64,000 nt of DNA. Origin: a bacterium. GTDB taxonomy: Bacteria > Chloroflexota > Dormibacteria > Aeolococcales > Bog-877. This document shows positions 9,637 through 19,269 of this stretch, in pieces. Both the position numbers and the translations under genes were made by a program. The stretch is taken from positions 13,764 to 77,763 of the forward strand of contig JAKATL010000007.1 of the NCBI GenBank assembly GCA_021827985.1. The letters run 5' to 3'. Position 1 is the first letter of the stretch, and each line of letters starts with the position of its first letter. The notes under the pieces are model-generated. The model was not told the DNA's origin. It made no database searches and was given only the letters and a program-made list of their open reading frames with translations.

Positions 9637-10362
9637 ACCAACACCCCCGAGGAGATCCGCTTTATCGCGCGGCTGGCGGGACGCTCGGTCGAGGACGTGC
9701 TCCGGCAGCTGCAGGAGGCTGGCCTGGGGACCATGCCAGGCATGGCGGCGGAGATCCTGGTGGAGGAGGTGCGCCGGATCCTGTGTCCGGAGAAGCTGAC
9801 CACAGGCGAGTGGGTGGAGGTGACGCGAGCCGCTCACCGGGTGGGGCTACGCACCACCGCCACAATCATGTACGGTCATGTGGAGACCCCCTGGCACCGG
9901 CTTCAGCATCTGGAGGTGGTCCGCAACCTGCAGCGGGAGACCGGCGGCTTCACGGAGTTCGTGCTGCTGCCCTTTCAGGTGGAGCACAACACTCTGGGCA
10001 AGTACTTTGGGATCCGCCGGCCGCTCACCCCGGAGGACTCGCTGCGCTTCACCGCCTACTGCCGCCTCTATTTCGGGGCCGACAGCCCCAACATCCAGAC
10101 CAGCTGGGTCAAGCTGGGCCCTGCTGGTGTGGCGGAGTCTCGGCGCTGGGGTGCCAACGACTTTGGGGGCACCCTTATGGAGAAGTTGCTTACTCGCATG
10201 AATGGGGCCAACCACGGCCAGAACCCAGAGCCGCAGGAGATCGAGGCGGTGATCCGCTCCGTTGGGCGCACGCCCAAAGAGCGAGACACCGTCTATCGGC
10301 CAGTCGTGAGCAGACCCCGAGACCACGAGCTCGGGCTCGTGAAGTCCGGCGCTCGGTCTTGA
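9637..10362 (+). pseudogene. 3' remnant (~240 aa) of a CofH/FbiC/MqnC-family radical-SAM enzyme; the N-terminal radical-SAM core is missing
   Basis: In-frame segment TPEEIRFIARLAGRSVEDVLRQLQEAGLGTMPGMAAEILVEEVRRILCP...TATIMYGHVETPWHRLQHLEVVRNLQRETGGFTEFVLLPFQ...GANDFGGTLMEKLLTRMNGANHGQNPEPQEIEAVIRSVGRTPKERDTVYR matches only the C-terminal half of CofH/FbiC/MqnC-type enzymes. There is no CxxxCxxC motif and no start codon. The upstream part of the ORF is Arg/Pro-rich non-protein-like sequence. Confidence 0.6.
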
Positions 10363-10803
10363 GCGGACCTGCATTCGGTCTCGTGACACTCCCCTGGTGA
10401 GACGTGTGGCCGCGGTGGCAGGAGGCGCGAGGGCTGCTTCGGCCTGACCCTGGATCCACCGGCGGGGCAGGGGTAGCCAGCCCGGGATAGACCAAGAGAA
10501 GGCGCCCGATGCTGGGGCTGCTTGGCTTGTTTGCAGCACCAATTGCCCCCAGCATCAGGCGCCTTGTCGCTGCGGCCATGATCCCACCCCTTGGCCCGTC
10601 CGGGGGTGGAGTTTGACCACCCCCACCTGCTGGCCGATGTCAGCCCCAAGGCCATGTGTCTCCTCTCGCTAGTCCACCCCTCGATGCTCGCTGGGGGTCA
10701 GAGCAGTCGTCGTGACGGGCGCGCGACCGGATTGCCACCACGGCGGGGGCACCACCACTTCCGGTGGCCGTGCATGCTCGGATGTGCCATTGGAGGTTGA
10801 TCG

Positions 10804-13473
10804 GTGCCAGGACGATTTCACCTGCCCCCACTTGGTGGAGGCCCTCGAACTCCCGACGGTTGGCTGGCTCTCAGCATGCGCGCAGTGGAGGGCAGGATCT
10901 GGCCCTGGAGGCTGCTAGCCGGGGCAGGAGCCGGGCTGACCCTTCTCCTACCGCACTCCACGGTCGACCCCCAGCCACTGCTGGTCGTGGCGGGGCTGTA
11001 CGTGACCGCGTACGCGATCCTCTGGCTGAGCGGGCTGCGCTGTCCCTACTTCTGCCTGCTACTCATCACCCTCGACCTGACCGCCATCACCGCGGTGGTC
11101 GAGTTCACCGGTGGGCCTCAGAGCGCGCTGGCGCTCCTCTACCTCGTCCCGGTGATGGAGGTGGCGATGGTTTGGGGCCTGCGGCAGGCGGCAGGCGTGG
11201 CCACGATGGCGCTGCTCCTGAATCTGGCGACCCTGGGACCAGGCCCTCTCTGGACGCGGGCCCCCCGTGACACCGCCGTGCTGGGTCTGATCCTGTACCT
11301 GACGGCGCTGGTCGCCAGCCAGGTCAAGGTCCAGGGCGAGCGGGTCAGAGATGTGCTGGCCCGGCGCCTCACCGCACTGCACGAACGGCTGGTCGGCCTG
11401 TACCGGGAGGGGGATGTCTCGGAGCTGCTGCAGGGGAGCGTCGATGCGGGCCGGGAGCTGACCGGCGCGCGCCACGCCGCCGTGGCGGTATGGGACGAGA
11501 AGGGCAAGGTCGCCCACTTCCTCACCTCCGGCCTGGATCCCGACCATATGGGATCGATGGCGCACCCGCCCATCGGCAGAGGCCTGTTGGGAGTGGTGCG
11601 GGATGCCCCCAGACCCATCCGCCTCGCTGACGCCGGGCGGCACCCGGCGGCCTCTCCGCTGCCGCCCGGTCATCCCGAGATGGGGCACTTCCTGGGGGTG
11701 CCCATTCCCGCCCTGGGTGATTGGAAGGGTGCCTACTACATGCTGGGCAGGGAGGCGGGCGGGAGCTTCACGTCCGACGACGAGCACATCGGCGAGATGC
11801 TCGCGGCCCAGGTGGGCGGGGCCGTCATGATGCGTCGCTTGGTCGCCAGCCAGAAGGAGATGCACGACAGCCTGCTGGAGATGCTGGTCGAGATCAGCGA
11901 TGCCAGGGAGCACGCAATCAAGGGACACTCGATGCGGGTGAGCAAGTGGGCGCGCGCCCTGGCCGAGCGGCTGGATCTGCCCGCTGACGAGGTGAACCGG
12001 ATCGCGGTGGCGGGACTGCTCCACGACATCGGCAAGATCGGGGTCCCGGACAGCATCCTGGGCAAGCCTGGACCCCTGACCGAGGAGGAACGGATCCTGA
12101 TGATGGCCCACGCCGCCCTCGGAGCCGGGATAGTCGAGCACGCGGGTCCGCTGGCTGCGATCGCGCCCATCGTGCGTCACCACCACGAGTGGTGGGACGG
12201 GCGCGGCTACCCCGAGGGGCTGCGGGCTGAAGCGATCCCCCTCGGGGCCCGGATCGTCAGCCTGGCCGACACCCTGGACTCCATGACCACCAACCGGCCG
12301 TACCGGGCGGCCAAGAGCATGGACGAGGCGCTGCTGGAGATCGAGCGGTGCTCCGGCGCGCAGTTCGACCCCAGGGTGGCCGCGCTGGCAGCTGGCGTCA
12401 CCGGACTCGCTGCTCCCCCCACCGGGGTCTCCGTGCCCTCTGTGGGCGATCCCGCGACCCTCGCGGAGCTGTACACCTCGGGGCAGGCGGCGGGTTGGAA
12501 GCTGCTGACGCGGGTGTCCCAGGGGCTGCGCGAGGGCCTCGACCTGCCCAAGCTGGCCGAGCGGGTTCTGGCTCCGGTCAGGGAGGAACTCCAGGTTGAA
12601 ATGGCCTCGCTGAGCGTGCTGGACGATGACGGCCAAGCGCTGCGGATGGTGGCCTGGCAGGGGAGCCCGTGCCTGCTGCCGGCCGGGACTGTCCGGCACC
12701 GGGGAGAGGGCTTGCTGTGGGCCGCTCTGGAGGAAGGCTCGCCGCTGGTCCTGGCCGATCTGGAGTCGGACCGGCGCTACCTGGGCCGGCGCGGGGAGGG
12801 GCGCCGCTCCGGCGTGTTCCTCCCCCTGCTGGCGAGCTCCGGGGCGCAGGGGGTGCTGTCCGTGTTCAGGAGATGGCCCCAGACCTTTGGGGAGCAGACG
12901 GTGGGTCACCTGGGGGCGGTTGCCTGCGTGGTGGCTGAGGCGCTGGCGGTCTCACGGCTGCGCGGTCAGCTCGAGCAGGCGGCGTCGACCGATCCTCTCA
13001 CCGGAGTGGGCAACCGGCGACACGGGCTGGAGAGGCTGGACGAGGCCTGTGCCGGGGCTGGACTTGGCGGCACGCCCTTCGCGCTCCTGAGGCTCGACCT
13101 CGACAACTTCGAGGAAGTGAATGCCCGGTTCGGTCATCAGGTGGGAGATGAAGTTCTGAAACAGGCGGCTGAGGCGGTGCGCGGATGGCTCCGGCCAGGC
13201 GATGTGGTGGCCCGCTACGGGGGTGACGAACTCATTGTGATCCTGCCCGGCAGGGACCGCGAGGAGGCTGCGCGGCTGGCCCAGCGGCTGGGTCCGAGGG
13301 CTGCTGAGCGGACCATGGTCGTGGATGGCCGCAAGGTGGGGATCCCCTCATGGTCGGCTGGGGTCGCGGTGTGGGCCGATGATGGCACCGAGGCCGATCA
13401 GCTCCTCCGGGCCAGCGGGGAGCGGCTTCATGCGCGCAAGGTGGCCATGGCCAGGGGTTCCAGGAGTGGGTGA
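10804..13473 (+). CDS. membrane-anchored c-di-GMP signalling protein: TM region, GAF, HD-GYP phosphodiesterase, GAF, GGDEF diguanylate cyclase
   Basis: The N-terminus has about five TM helices. The HD-GYP domain carries the full signature HSMRVSKWA...LLHDIGKIGVPD...IVRHHHEWWDGRGYPEGL. Two GAF-like regions flank it. The C-terminal GGDEF domain shows DPLTGVGNRRHG...LLRLDLDNFEEVNARFGHQVGDEVL...VVARYGGDELIVILPG. Confidence 0.85.
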   Translation: MPGRFHLPPLGGGPRTPDGWLALSMRAVEGRIWPWRLLAGAGAGLTLLLPHSTVDPQPLLVVAGLYVTAYAILWLSGLRCPYFCLLLITLDLTAITAVVEFTGGPQSALALLYLVPVMEVAMVWGLRQAAGVATMALLLNLATLGPGPLWTRAPRDTAVLGLILYLTALVASQVKVQGERVRDVLARRLTALHERLVGLYREGDVSELLQGSVDAGRELTGARHAAVAVWDEKGKVAHFLTSGLDPDHMGSMAHPPIGRGLLGVVRDAPRPIRLADAGRHPAASPLPPGHPEMGHFLGVPIPALGDWKGAYYMLGREAGGSFTSDDEHIGEMLAAQVGGAVMMRRLVASQKEMHDSLLEMLVEISDAREHAIKGHSMRVSKWARALAERLDLPADEVNRIAVAGLLHDIGKIGVPDSILGKPGPLTEEERILMMAHAALGAGIVEHAGPLAAIAPIVRHHHEWWDGRGYPEGLRAEAIPLGARIVSLADTLDSMTTNRPYRAAKSMDEALLEIERCSGAQFDPRVAALAAGVTGLAAPPTGVSVPSVGDPATLAELYTSGQAAGWKLLTRVSQGLREGLDLPKLAERVLAPVREELQVEMASLSVLDDDGQALRMVAWQGSPCLLPAGTVRHRGEGLLWAALEEGSPLVLADLESDRRYLGRRGEGRRSGVFLPLLASSGAQGVLSVFRRWPQTFGEQTVGHLGAVACVVAEALAVSRLRGQLEQAASTDPLTGVGNRRHGLERLDEACAGAGLGGTPFALLRLDLDNFEEVNARFGHQVGDEVLKQAAEAVRGWLRPGDVVARYGGDELIVILPGRDREEAARLAQRLGPRAAERTMVVDGRKVGIPSWSAGVAVWADDGTEADQLLRASGERLHARKVAMARGSRSG

Positions 13474-13677
13474 GGCTGGCTGTGACCGGCCATAACCGCA
13501 GAGCCAGCCGCGCCCGTGGCCGATTCTGGGGGACGGCCACCCCCCGGCGCTCGCGCGCACAGGGTCTCCTCAAGGGTCGCCCCGCCTGTCTGGTGGCATC
13601 CAGCCCGAGGGGCAGGTGGCGCCGACCGCCCGTGGCGGGAGTGGGTCCGTGCCGCTACGGGGCGACGGTCTAGCGCG

Positions 13678-15375
13678 ATGCAAGACTCACCCGGGTTGGC
13701 GGCGAGCCCGCTCCGCCCGGCTTCCTTGATCCGGCTGGTCACGAGGACTGCAACGGTGCCGTGGGGGGACCGGGGCTTCTGGGTGACACAGGTTCTGGTC
13801 GTGATCGCGGTCGGCATCCACTTTGTGGACGATCTCTACGGCAGCGACCTCGTCCGCATGCCCGCAGTGGCCACGCTGGTGCTGGCCGTCGTCCCCGTCG
13901 GCTATGCGGCGACCCGGTTCGGCCTCTGGGGCTCGCTGCCGACAGCCGTGTGGACGGCGGCGCTGATGCTCCCCGATTTCCTCGTGCTCGACACCGGCTT
14001 GGAGCGTTGGACGGATGGCACCGTCCTGACTCTCGTCATCATGGTGGGGGTGGCGGCTGGACGGATGGTTGACATGCAGCGCTCCTCCACCGCGTCCCTG
14101 GCCGCGGCCGAACGCGCTCGGGGAATGGCCCGGGTCGCCGATCAGCTGCCTGAGGGAGTGTGCCTGACAGATCTGGACGGGGTGATCACGTATGCCAACC
14201 CCGCCTGGGCCTCCCTCCAGGGGGTGGGCTCACCACAGGCGGCGGTCGGCCGGACCCTGGCGAGCTTGCACGTTGATGAGCACCTCGAACCGGGCAGCGC
14301 TCCCTTTGAGCAGCCGCTGGGCACCGGCGGACAGGTGCGCGCGCTGGTCGAGCACCACCGCGCCGGTGGGGACCAGTATTGGGTGGATGTCACGGCGACC
14401 GCTATGCTCGACGAGCAGGGGCGCCCGATCGGTCGGCTCAGCACGCTACGGGACGTGACCGCGGAGCTGGTGGCCGCCGCGGAGCTCAAGGAAGCCGAGG
14501 AGAGGTTTCGCGTGACCTTTGAGCAGGCTCCGCTGGGGATGGCCATGGTGACCCTTGAGGGACGGTTTCTCCAAGTCAACGATGCTCTCTGCCAAATGCT
14601 GGGGCGGAGTGCTGCCGAAGTACTCGCGTTGGGGGTCTTCGGCCTTACCCAGCCCGAGGACCGCGAGACCACGCGACAAATATTGAAGCAGAGGGACGCA
14701 CGGGTGCGGTTCGCGAAGCGTTACCTGCATGGGGACGGCCACGTGATCTCGGTCCAGATCACCGCCAGCATGGTTCGTGACCAGGATGGAAGGCCGCTCT
14801 ACTACGTCTCCCAGTTCCAAGACGTCACGGAGGAGCAGCGGTCCGAACAGCAGCTCATGCAGCAGGCGCTCCATGACTCGCTCACCGGCCTGCCCAACCG
14901 GGTCCTCTTCGAGGACCGGGCCAGCCAGGCGCTGGCCCGGGCCCACCGCCAACACGGCCTGCTGGCGGTCATGTTCTGCGACCTGGACGGCTTCAAGCCC
15001 GTCAACGACCGCTACGGACACCGCGCCGGCGACGAGGTGCTGCGCTCGGTGGCGGCCCAGCTCCAGGAGTGCGTTCGGGAGGTGGACACCGTGGCCCGCT
15101 TTGGCGGCGATGAGTTCGTGGTTCTTCTTGATGGCCTGCGCGACCTATCGGAGGCGGAGGTGGTTGCCACCAGGATCCACGAGACCCTGGGTCAGATCCA
15201 CTCACCAGGAGATGGGGAGGTGATCATCGATGCCAGCATTGGGATCGCGATCAGCTCCCGGGAGACCGCCAGTCTGGAGGCGCTGATAGATGAGGCCGAC
15301 GCCGCCATGTACCAAGCCAAGGCCGCCGGCGGCCATTGCTCGCGGGTGTCCTCGGGGGGCTCTTCGCTGCATTGA
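13678..15375 (+). CDS. membrane PAS/PAC-GGDEF diguanylate cyclase
   Basis: The start was taken at the internal ATG (MQDSPGLAA), 55 codons into the ORF whose 5' end overlaps the upstream gene. TM helices are followed by two PAS/PAC modules (CLTDLDGVITYANPAWASLQG..., FRVTFEQAPLGMAMVTLEGRFLQVNDALCQMLG...) and a GGDEF domain (LHDSLTGLPNRVLFEDRA...VMFCDLDGFKPVNDRYGHRAGDEVL...VARFGGDEFVVLL). Confidence 0.85.
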   Translation: MQDSPGLAASPLRPASLIRLVTRTATVPWGDRGFWVTQVLVVIAVGIHFVDDLYGSDLVRMPAVATLVLAVVPVGYAATRFGLWGSLPTAVWTAALMLPDFLVLDTGLERWTDGTVLTLVIMVGVAAGRMVDMQRSSTASLAAAERARGMARVADQLPEGVCLTDLDGVITYANPAWASLQGVGSPQAAVGRTLASLHVDEHLEPGSAPFEQPLGTGGQVRALVEHHRAGGDQYWVDVTATAMLDEQGRPIGRLSTLRDVTAELVAAAELKEAEERFRVTFEQAPLGMAMVTLEGRFLQVNDALCQMLGRSAAEVLALGVFGLTQPEDRETTRQILKQRDARVRFAKRYLHGDGHVISVQITASMVRDQDGRPLYYVSQFQDVTEEQRSEQQLMQQALHDSLTGLPNRVLFEDRASQALARAHRQHGLLAVMFCDLDGFKPVNDRYGHRAGDEVLRSVAAQLQECVREVDTVARFGGDEFVVLLDGLRDLSEAEVVATRIHETLGQIHSPGDGEVIIDASIGIAISSRETASLEALIDEADAAMYQAKAAGGHCSRVSSGGSSLH

Positions 15376-15409
15376 GTGGGTAGCGGGCAGGGGGAGGCGG
15401 CCGGCGGTG

Positions 15410-15802
15410 CTGGCCCTGGTGAAGACCATCTACCCACAGCCCACCAGGGAGGCCGCTCGAGCCGCCGTGGCCCAGGTTCTGGAGAGGCTGGAGCCCAAGG
15501 TGGCCAGGATGCTGCGCGAGGCCGAGGAGGACATCCTCGCCTACCTGAGGTTCCCCCGGGAGCACCACAGCTCCAATAGCGCCATCGAGCGGGTGAACGC
15601 TGACGTGGATCGCCGCGCCAAGGTGGTGGGGATCTTCCCCAACCCCGCTGCGCTACTGCGACTGGCCACGGCCGTTCTCCAGGAGCAGCGCGACGAGTGG
15701 CACGACGGCAAGCGCCACTTCTGCCAGGCTTCCCTGGCTCAGCTCTCAGCCGACGGCCGGGACCTCCTCACCAACCCCCTCACCGCCGGGCTGGTGGCCT
15801 GA
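15410..15802 (+). mobile_element. IS256-family (mutator-type) transposase, C-terminal ~130-aa remnant
   Basis: LALVKTIYPQPTREAARAAVAQVLERLEPKVARMLREAEEDILAYLRFPREHHSSNSAIERVNADVDRRAKVVGIFPNPAALLRLATAVLQEQRDEWHDGKRHF matches the conserved C-terminus of IS256 transposases (KTIYxAPT...AIERxNxxxxRRxKVVGxFPNxxAxLRLxxAxL). The DDE core and N-terminus are absent. It abuts the GGDEF gene stop. Confidence 0.7.
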
Positions 15803-16133
15803 TGAACTGCCCCCAGTCCCTCTCCCTAATTTCCACCACTCGAAGGGACTCTGGTCTCTCAGCGCCAAGCGGAGACGTACGGTGCCAGGTTCCTGGACGA
15901 TCAGGATGCGGCAATTGTGGTGATCGCCACCAGGTTGCCGACTCCAGCGCCAGCGTCGCTTTCCAGAGAGAATTCCTGCGCCTTCACCTCTCCCCGGTCA
16001 TGAACCCGCGTGAGTGATCCGCGGCTGACTCGAGGCCGCCCCTGACCCTTGTCGCGGCGGGTGTGCTGCCCTACCATGCAGGCTGAGGAGCGGGGTCCCG
16101 GAGTCGAGCCCCACCGCACCGGAGGCAGCGCAA

Positions 16134-18143
16134 ATGACGGACGTCTCACCAACGCCCGGGTCCCCGCCCGGCGGCGACGCGGAGGCAACTCCACCCTCCG
16201 GAGTGGCGCGAATGATCGCGGATGCCCGCCTGGTTCCACCTGCGCCTGGCCAACGGCGACCGGCTCAGTTCGCCTCGGCCGCGGACTACCTGACCTACAT
16301 GGACGCGGCACGCCGGGACCCCGACGGCTACTGGGCCGGCGTGGCCCTGGAACTCGACTGGTTCAGCCCCTGGCAGACGCTCCGCGAGGGCACCCTCCCG
16401 GACTTCCGCTACTACGTTGGCGGCTGCGCCAACGTCAGCCACAACTGCCTGGACCGGCATGTGGCGGGGGGCCGAAGCAACAAGGCGGCGATCATCTGGG
16501 AGGGCGAGGATGGGGCGGAGCGGGTCCTCACCTACCAGATGCTCCTCGACGAGGTGAGCCGGTTCGCCAATGTCCTCGCAGATCTGGGTGTCCGGCGAGG
16601 CGATGTCGTGGCCATCTACATGTCGAACATCCCCGAGGTGTTCGCGGCGGTGCACGCCTGCTACCGGCTGGGCGCCGTCTACACCGTCATCTTCGCCGGC
16701 TTCAGCGCCGAAGCGGTGGGCCAGCGGCTTCGCGACTGCCGGCCCAAGGTCGTGGTGGTGGCCGACGGCAGCCAGCGGCGCGGGCGGGTGCTGCCCCTGA
16801 AGGCCACACTCGACGACGCTCTGGGCAAGGCGGCGGACTTCGTCGAGCATGTTGTCGTCGTGCGGCACACCGGCGCGGAGGTGGCGATGCACCCCGACCG
16901 CGACCGGTGGTACCACGAGCTGATGTCCGAGGCTGCGCCCACCCGGGTCCCGGAGGCCATGGAGGCCAACGAGCCTGGCTTCATCATCTACACGAGCGGC
17001 ACCGAGGCCCGCCCCAAGGGCGTGGTCCACTCCGGGTTGGGGTTCCTGGTCGGTACCTACGCCAACGTCAAGTGGTCGCTGGACCTGCGCGACGACGACG
17101 TCTACTGGTGCACGGCCGACGTGGGCTGGCTCACCTTCCCGATCTTCGCCCTGGTCGGCGGCCTGGCCCACGGGGCCACCCTGGTGGTGTACGAGGGGTC
17201 GCTGGACTTCCCCGGTCCGGATCGCTTCTACGACATTGTCGCCCGCCACCGGGTCAATAAGGTCTTCACCGCCCCCACCGCTCTGCGCATGCTGCGCCGC
17301 TTCGGCACCGAGGCCCTGCGGGGCCACGACCTCAGCCGCCTGGAACTGATCTCCCTGGTTGGCGAGCCCCTGGACCCCGAGACCTGGTACTGGGTCCGAG
17401 ACAACGTCGGCGGCGGGTCGGTCTGCATCAACAACACCTACGGTCAGACCGAGACCGCCACCGCTTGGACGTCTTCGGTGGTCGGGGTCACGGCAGGCAA
17501 GCCTGGGTCGTGCGGCCAGCCACTGCCCGGGTACGCCAGCCGTGTGCTGGACGCCGAGGGCCACGAGGTGCCACCCGGTCAGCCGGGATATCTCGTCATC
17601 ACCGAGCCGTTCCCCTCGTTGATGCGCACCGTCTGGGGCGACCACAATCGCTACCTCAGCACCTATTTCAGCCGCTTCCCCGGCACCTACTTCACCGCTG
17701 ACACCTGCGTGGTCGACCGCGATGGGCACTACTGGGTCATCGGCCGGGTGGATGACGTCATCAACGTGGCCGGTCACCGTCTCTCCACGATGGAGATGGA
17801 AGCGGCCTTGCTCAACCACCCCCTGGTTTCCGAGGCGGCTGTCATCGGCGTCGACGACCCGCTGAAGGGACTCCTGCCCGTGGCGTTCGTCGTCCTTCGC
17901 GGCGGAGCGGAGAACCGTTCTGACATGGAGTCAGAACTCAGCGAGCAGATTGTGGTTGCCATAGGCGGCATGGCCCGACCGGGCCGGGTCTACGTGGTCC
18001 CAGCCCTGCCCAAGACCCGCAGCGGCAAGATCATGCGGCGTCTGCTGCGCGAGATTCTCTCCACCGGCGAGGCCCGCGGGGACACCTCGGCGCTGGAGAA
18101 CGCGGACTCGATCAAGGTGCTTCTGGAACTGGTGCGGACGTGA
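16134..18143 (+). CDS. acs: acetyl-CoA synthetase (AMP-forming acetate-CoA ligase)
   Basis: Full-length ANL-superfamily enzyme with an Acs-specific N-terminus (YLTYMDAARRDPDGYWAGVALELDWFSPW). The AMP-binding motif is YTSGTEARPKGVVHS. Other conserved blocks are YWCTADVGWLTF, TYGQTETA and the C-terminal PKTRSGKIMRRLLR. Confidence 0.9.
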   Translation: MTDVSPTPGSPPGGDAEATPPSGVARMIADARLVPPAPGQRRPAQFASAADYLTYMDAARRDPDGYWAGVALELDWFSPWQTLREGTLPDFRYYVGGCANVSHNCLDRHVAGGRSNKAAIIWEGEDGAERVLTYQMLLDEVSRFANVLADLGVRRGDVVAIYMSNIPEVFAAVHACYRLGAVYTVIFAGFSAEAVGQRLRDCRPKVVVVADGSQRRGRVLPLKATLDDALGKAADFVEHVVVVRHTGAEVAMHPDRDRWYHELMSEAAPTRVPEAMEANEPGFIIYTSGTEARPKGVVHSGLGFLVGTYANVKWSLDLRDDDVYWCTADVGWLTFPIFALVGGLAHGATLVVYEGSLDFPGPDRFYDIVARHRVNKVFTAPTALRMLRRFGTEALRGHDLSRLELISLVGEPLDPETWYWVRDNVGGGSVCINNTYGQTETATAWTSSVVGVTAGKPGSCGQPLPGYASRVLDAEGHEVPPGQPGYLVITEPFPSLMRTVWGDHNRYLSTYFSRFPGTYFTADTCVVDRDGHYWVIGRVDDVINVAGHRLSTMEMEAALLNHPLVSEAAVIGVDDPLKGLLPVAFVVLRGGAENRSDMESELSEQIVVAIGGMARPGRVYVVPALPKTRSGKIMRRLLREILSTGEARGDTSALENADSIKVLLELVRT

Positions 18144-18339
18144 CCGCCGTTCTCCCCCCATACCGGCGCCGGAAGTGCTTCCGGTGGACCCGGCCCGCTT
18201 GGGGAGCCCGGCCAGCCCGGGGTCCGTCGCGGTGCTCTAGTCCTGTGACGCCCAAGTTCGACGTCTTGCGCCTCACGACCCGGCAAGCGGTGCGCGCCGG
18301 ACAAGGCCTCGACCCAGCAGACGAGGCCGCAGGACCAAC

Positions 18340-18855
18340 ATGGGCAGGCGCGTTGATCCTCTAGACGATCTTCCCAGACCTCCTAACCGCCTCGCTCGGG
18401 CCATCAACCGCCTGAGCGCCCCTAACAGCGCCCCGCCACTGGTGCTACGTGCGCACCGGTGGCTCTATGAACGCACCCGTGGTCGCGTCGGGCACGGCAT
18501 GATCGGCGCCCCTGCCCTGCTCCTGTACACGTGCGGGCGGCGTAGTGGTTTCCGGCGCTGCTCGGCGCTGGTCTATGGGCGGGACGGCGGGCGGATCGTG
18601 CTGGCTGCCTCCAACAATGGACTCGACCGCGCGCCTTCCTGGTTGCACAACATCCGGAACCACCCCGAGGTGGAGTTACGAGTCGGCCGACACCAGCTGT
18701 GGGGCAGGGCGACGGTGGTCGAGCCCTCCCATCCGGAATACGCCCACCTGTGGGAGGTCATGAACCGCAGCAATCACCGCCGCTACGATGCCTACCAGGC
18801 CAAGACCTCCAGGCCCATTCCCCTGGTGGTCGTCACCGCCAGCCAGTCTCGATAG
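18340..18855 (+). CDS. deazaflavin (F420)-dependent nitroreductase-family protein (Ddn/DUF385-like)
   Basis: RAHRWLYERTRGRVGHGMIGAPALLLYTCGRRSGFRR...ASNNGLDRAPSWLHNIRNHPEVELRVGRHQLWGRATVVEPSHPEYAHLWEVMNR fits the Ddn/PNPOx-like split-barrel family pattern. Confidence 0.8.
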   Translation: MGRRVDPLDDLPRPPNRLARAINRLSAPNSAPPLVLRAHRWLYERTRGRVGHGMIGAPALLLYTCGRRSGFRRCSALVYGRDGGRIVLAASNNGLDRAPSWLHNIRNHPEVELRVGRHQLWGRATVVEPSHPEYAHLWEVMNRSNHRRYDAYQAKTSRPIPLVVVTASQSR

Positions 18856-19269
18856 GCCCGGCGTTTGCGGCAGCGGGGGCGCTCCTGCCCGGAGGCGGTC
18901 CCGCGGTGGATTCGGCGGCGCCGCCGGGGCGCCGGCGGATGTCCGGTTCCGCCCATGATCCTGGACCCGGTCCCTGCCGCCGGGGACCGTGTCCTTGGTG
19001 ACCGGACAGGATCGCTGAACTCCTGAGGCAGGTCCGATCGCCGGGCTCCAAGAGGAGCCAGTGCCGCCCCTTGACACCCACGACCCTCAGCCCGTACCTT
19101 GACCAAATGAAGCCGACGCCCGCGCCAATGCCCGGCCCCATGGCCCCGCTAGGTGCCAGCATTCCTGGAGGGGCGGTCAGCTAGAGTTCACGCGTACCGT
19201 GGCGAAGTAGCACCGGCCCCTTCCGGGTCCGGTGCTTTTTTGTTGCCGCTGTGGGCCCACGACCCAGAG

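Noticed and set aside
9847-10542. 231-aa minus-strand ORF over the cofH-like remnant
   Set aside because: It is antisense to the only homology-bearing frame and its composition is non-protein-like.
11059-12909. 616-aa minus-strand ORF across the GAF-HD-GYP-GGDEF gene
   Set aside because: Antisense to a gene with intact HD-GYP and GGDEF signatures; the composition is Gly/Arg/Pro-rich.
16146-17819. 557-aa minus-strand ORF inside acs
   Set aside because: Antisense artefact; acs has full conserved motifs on the plus strand.
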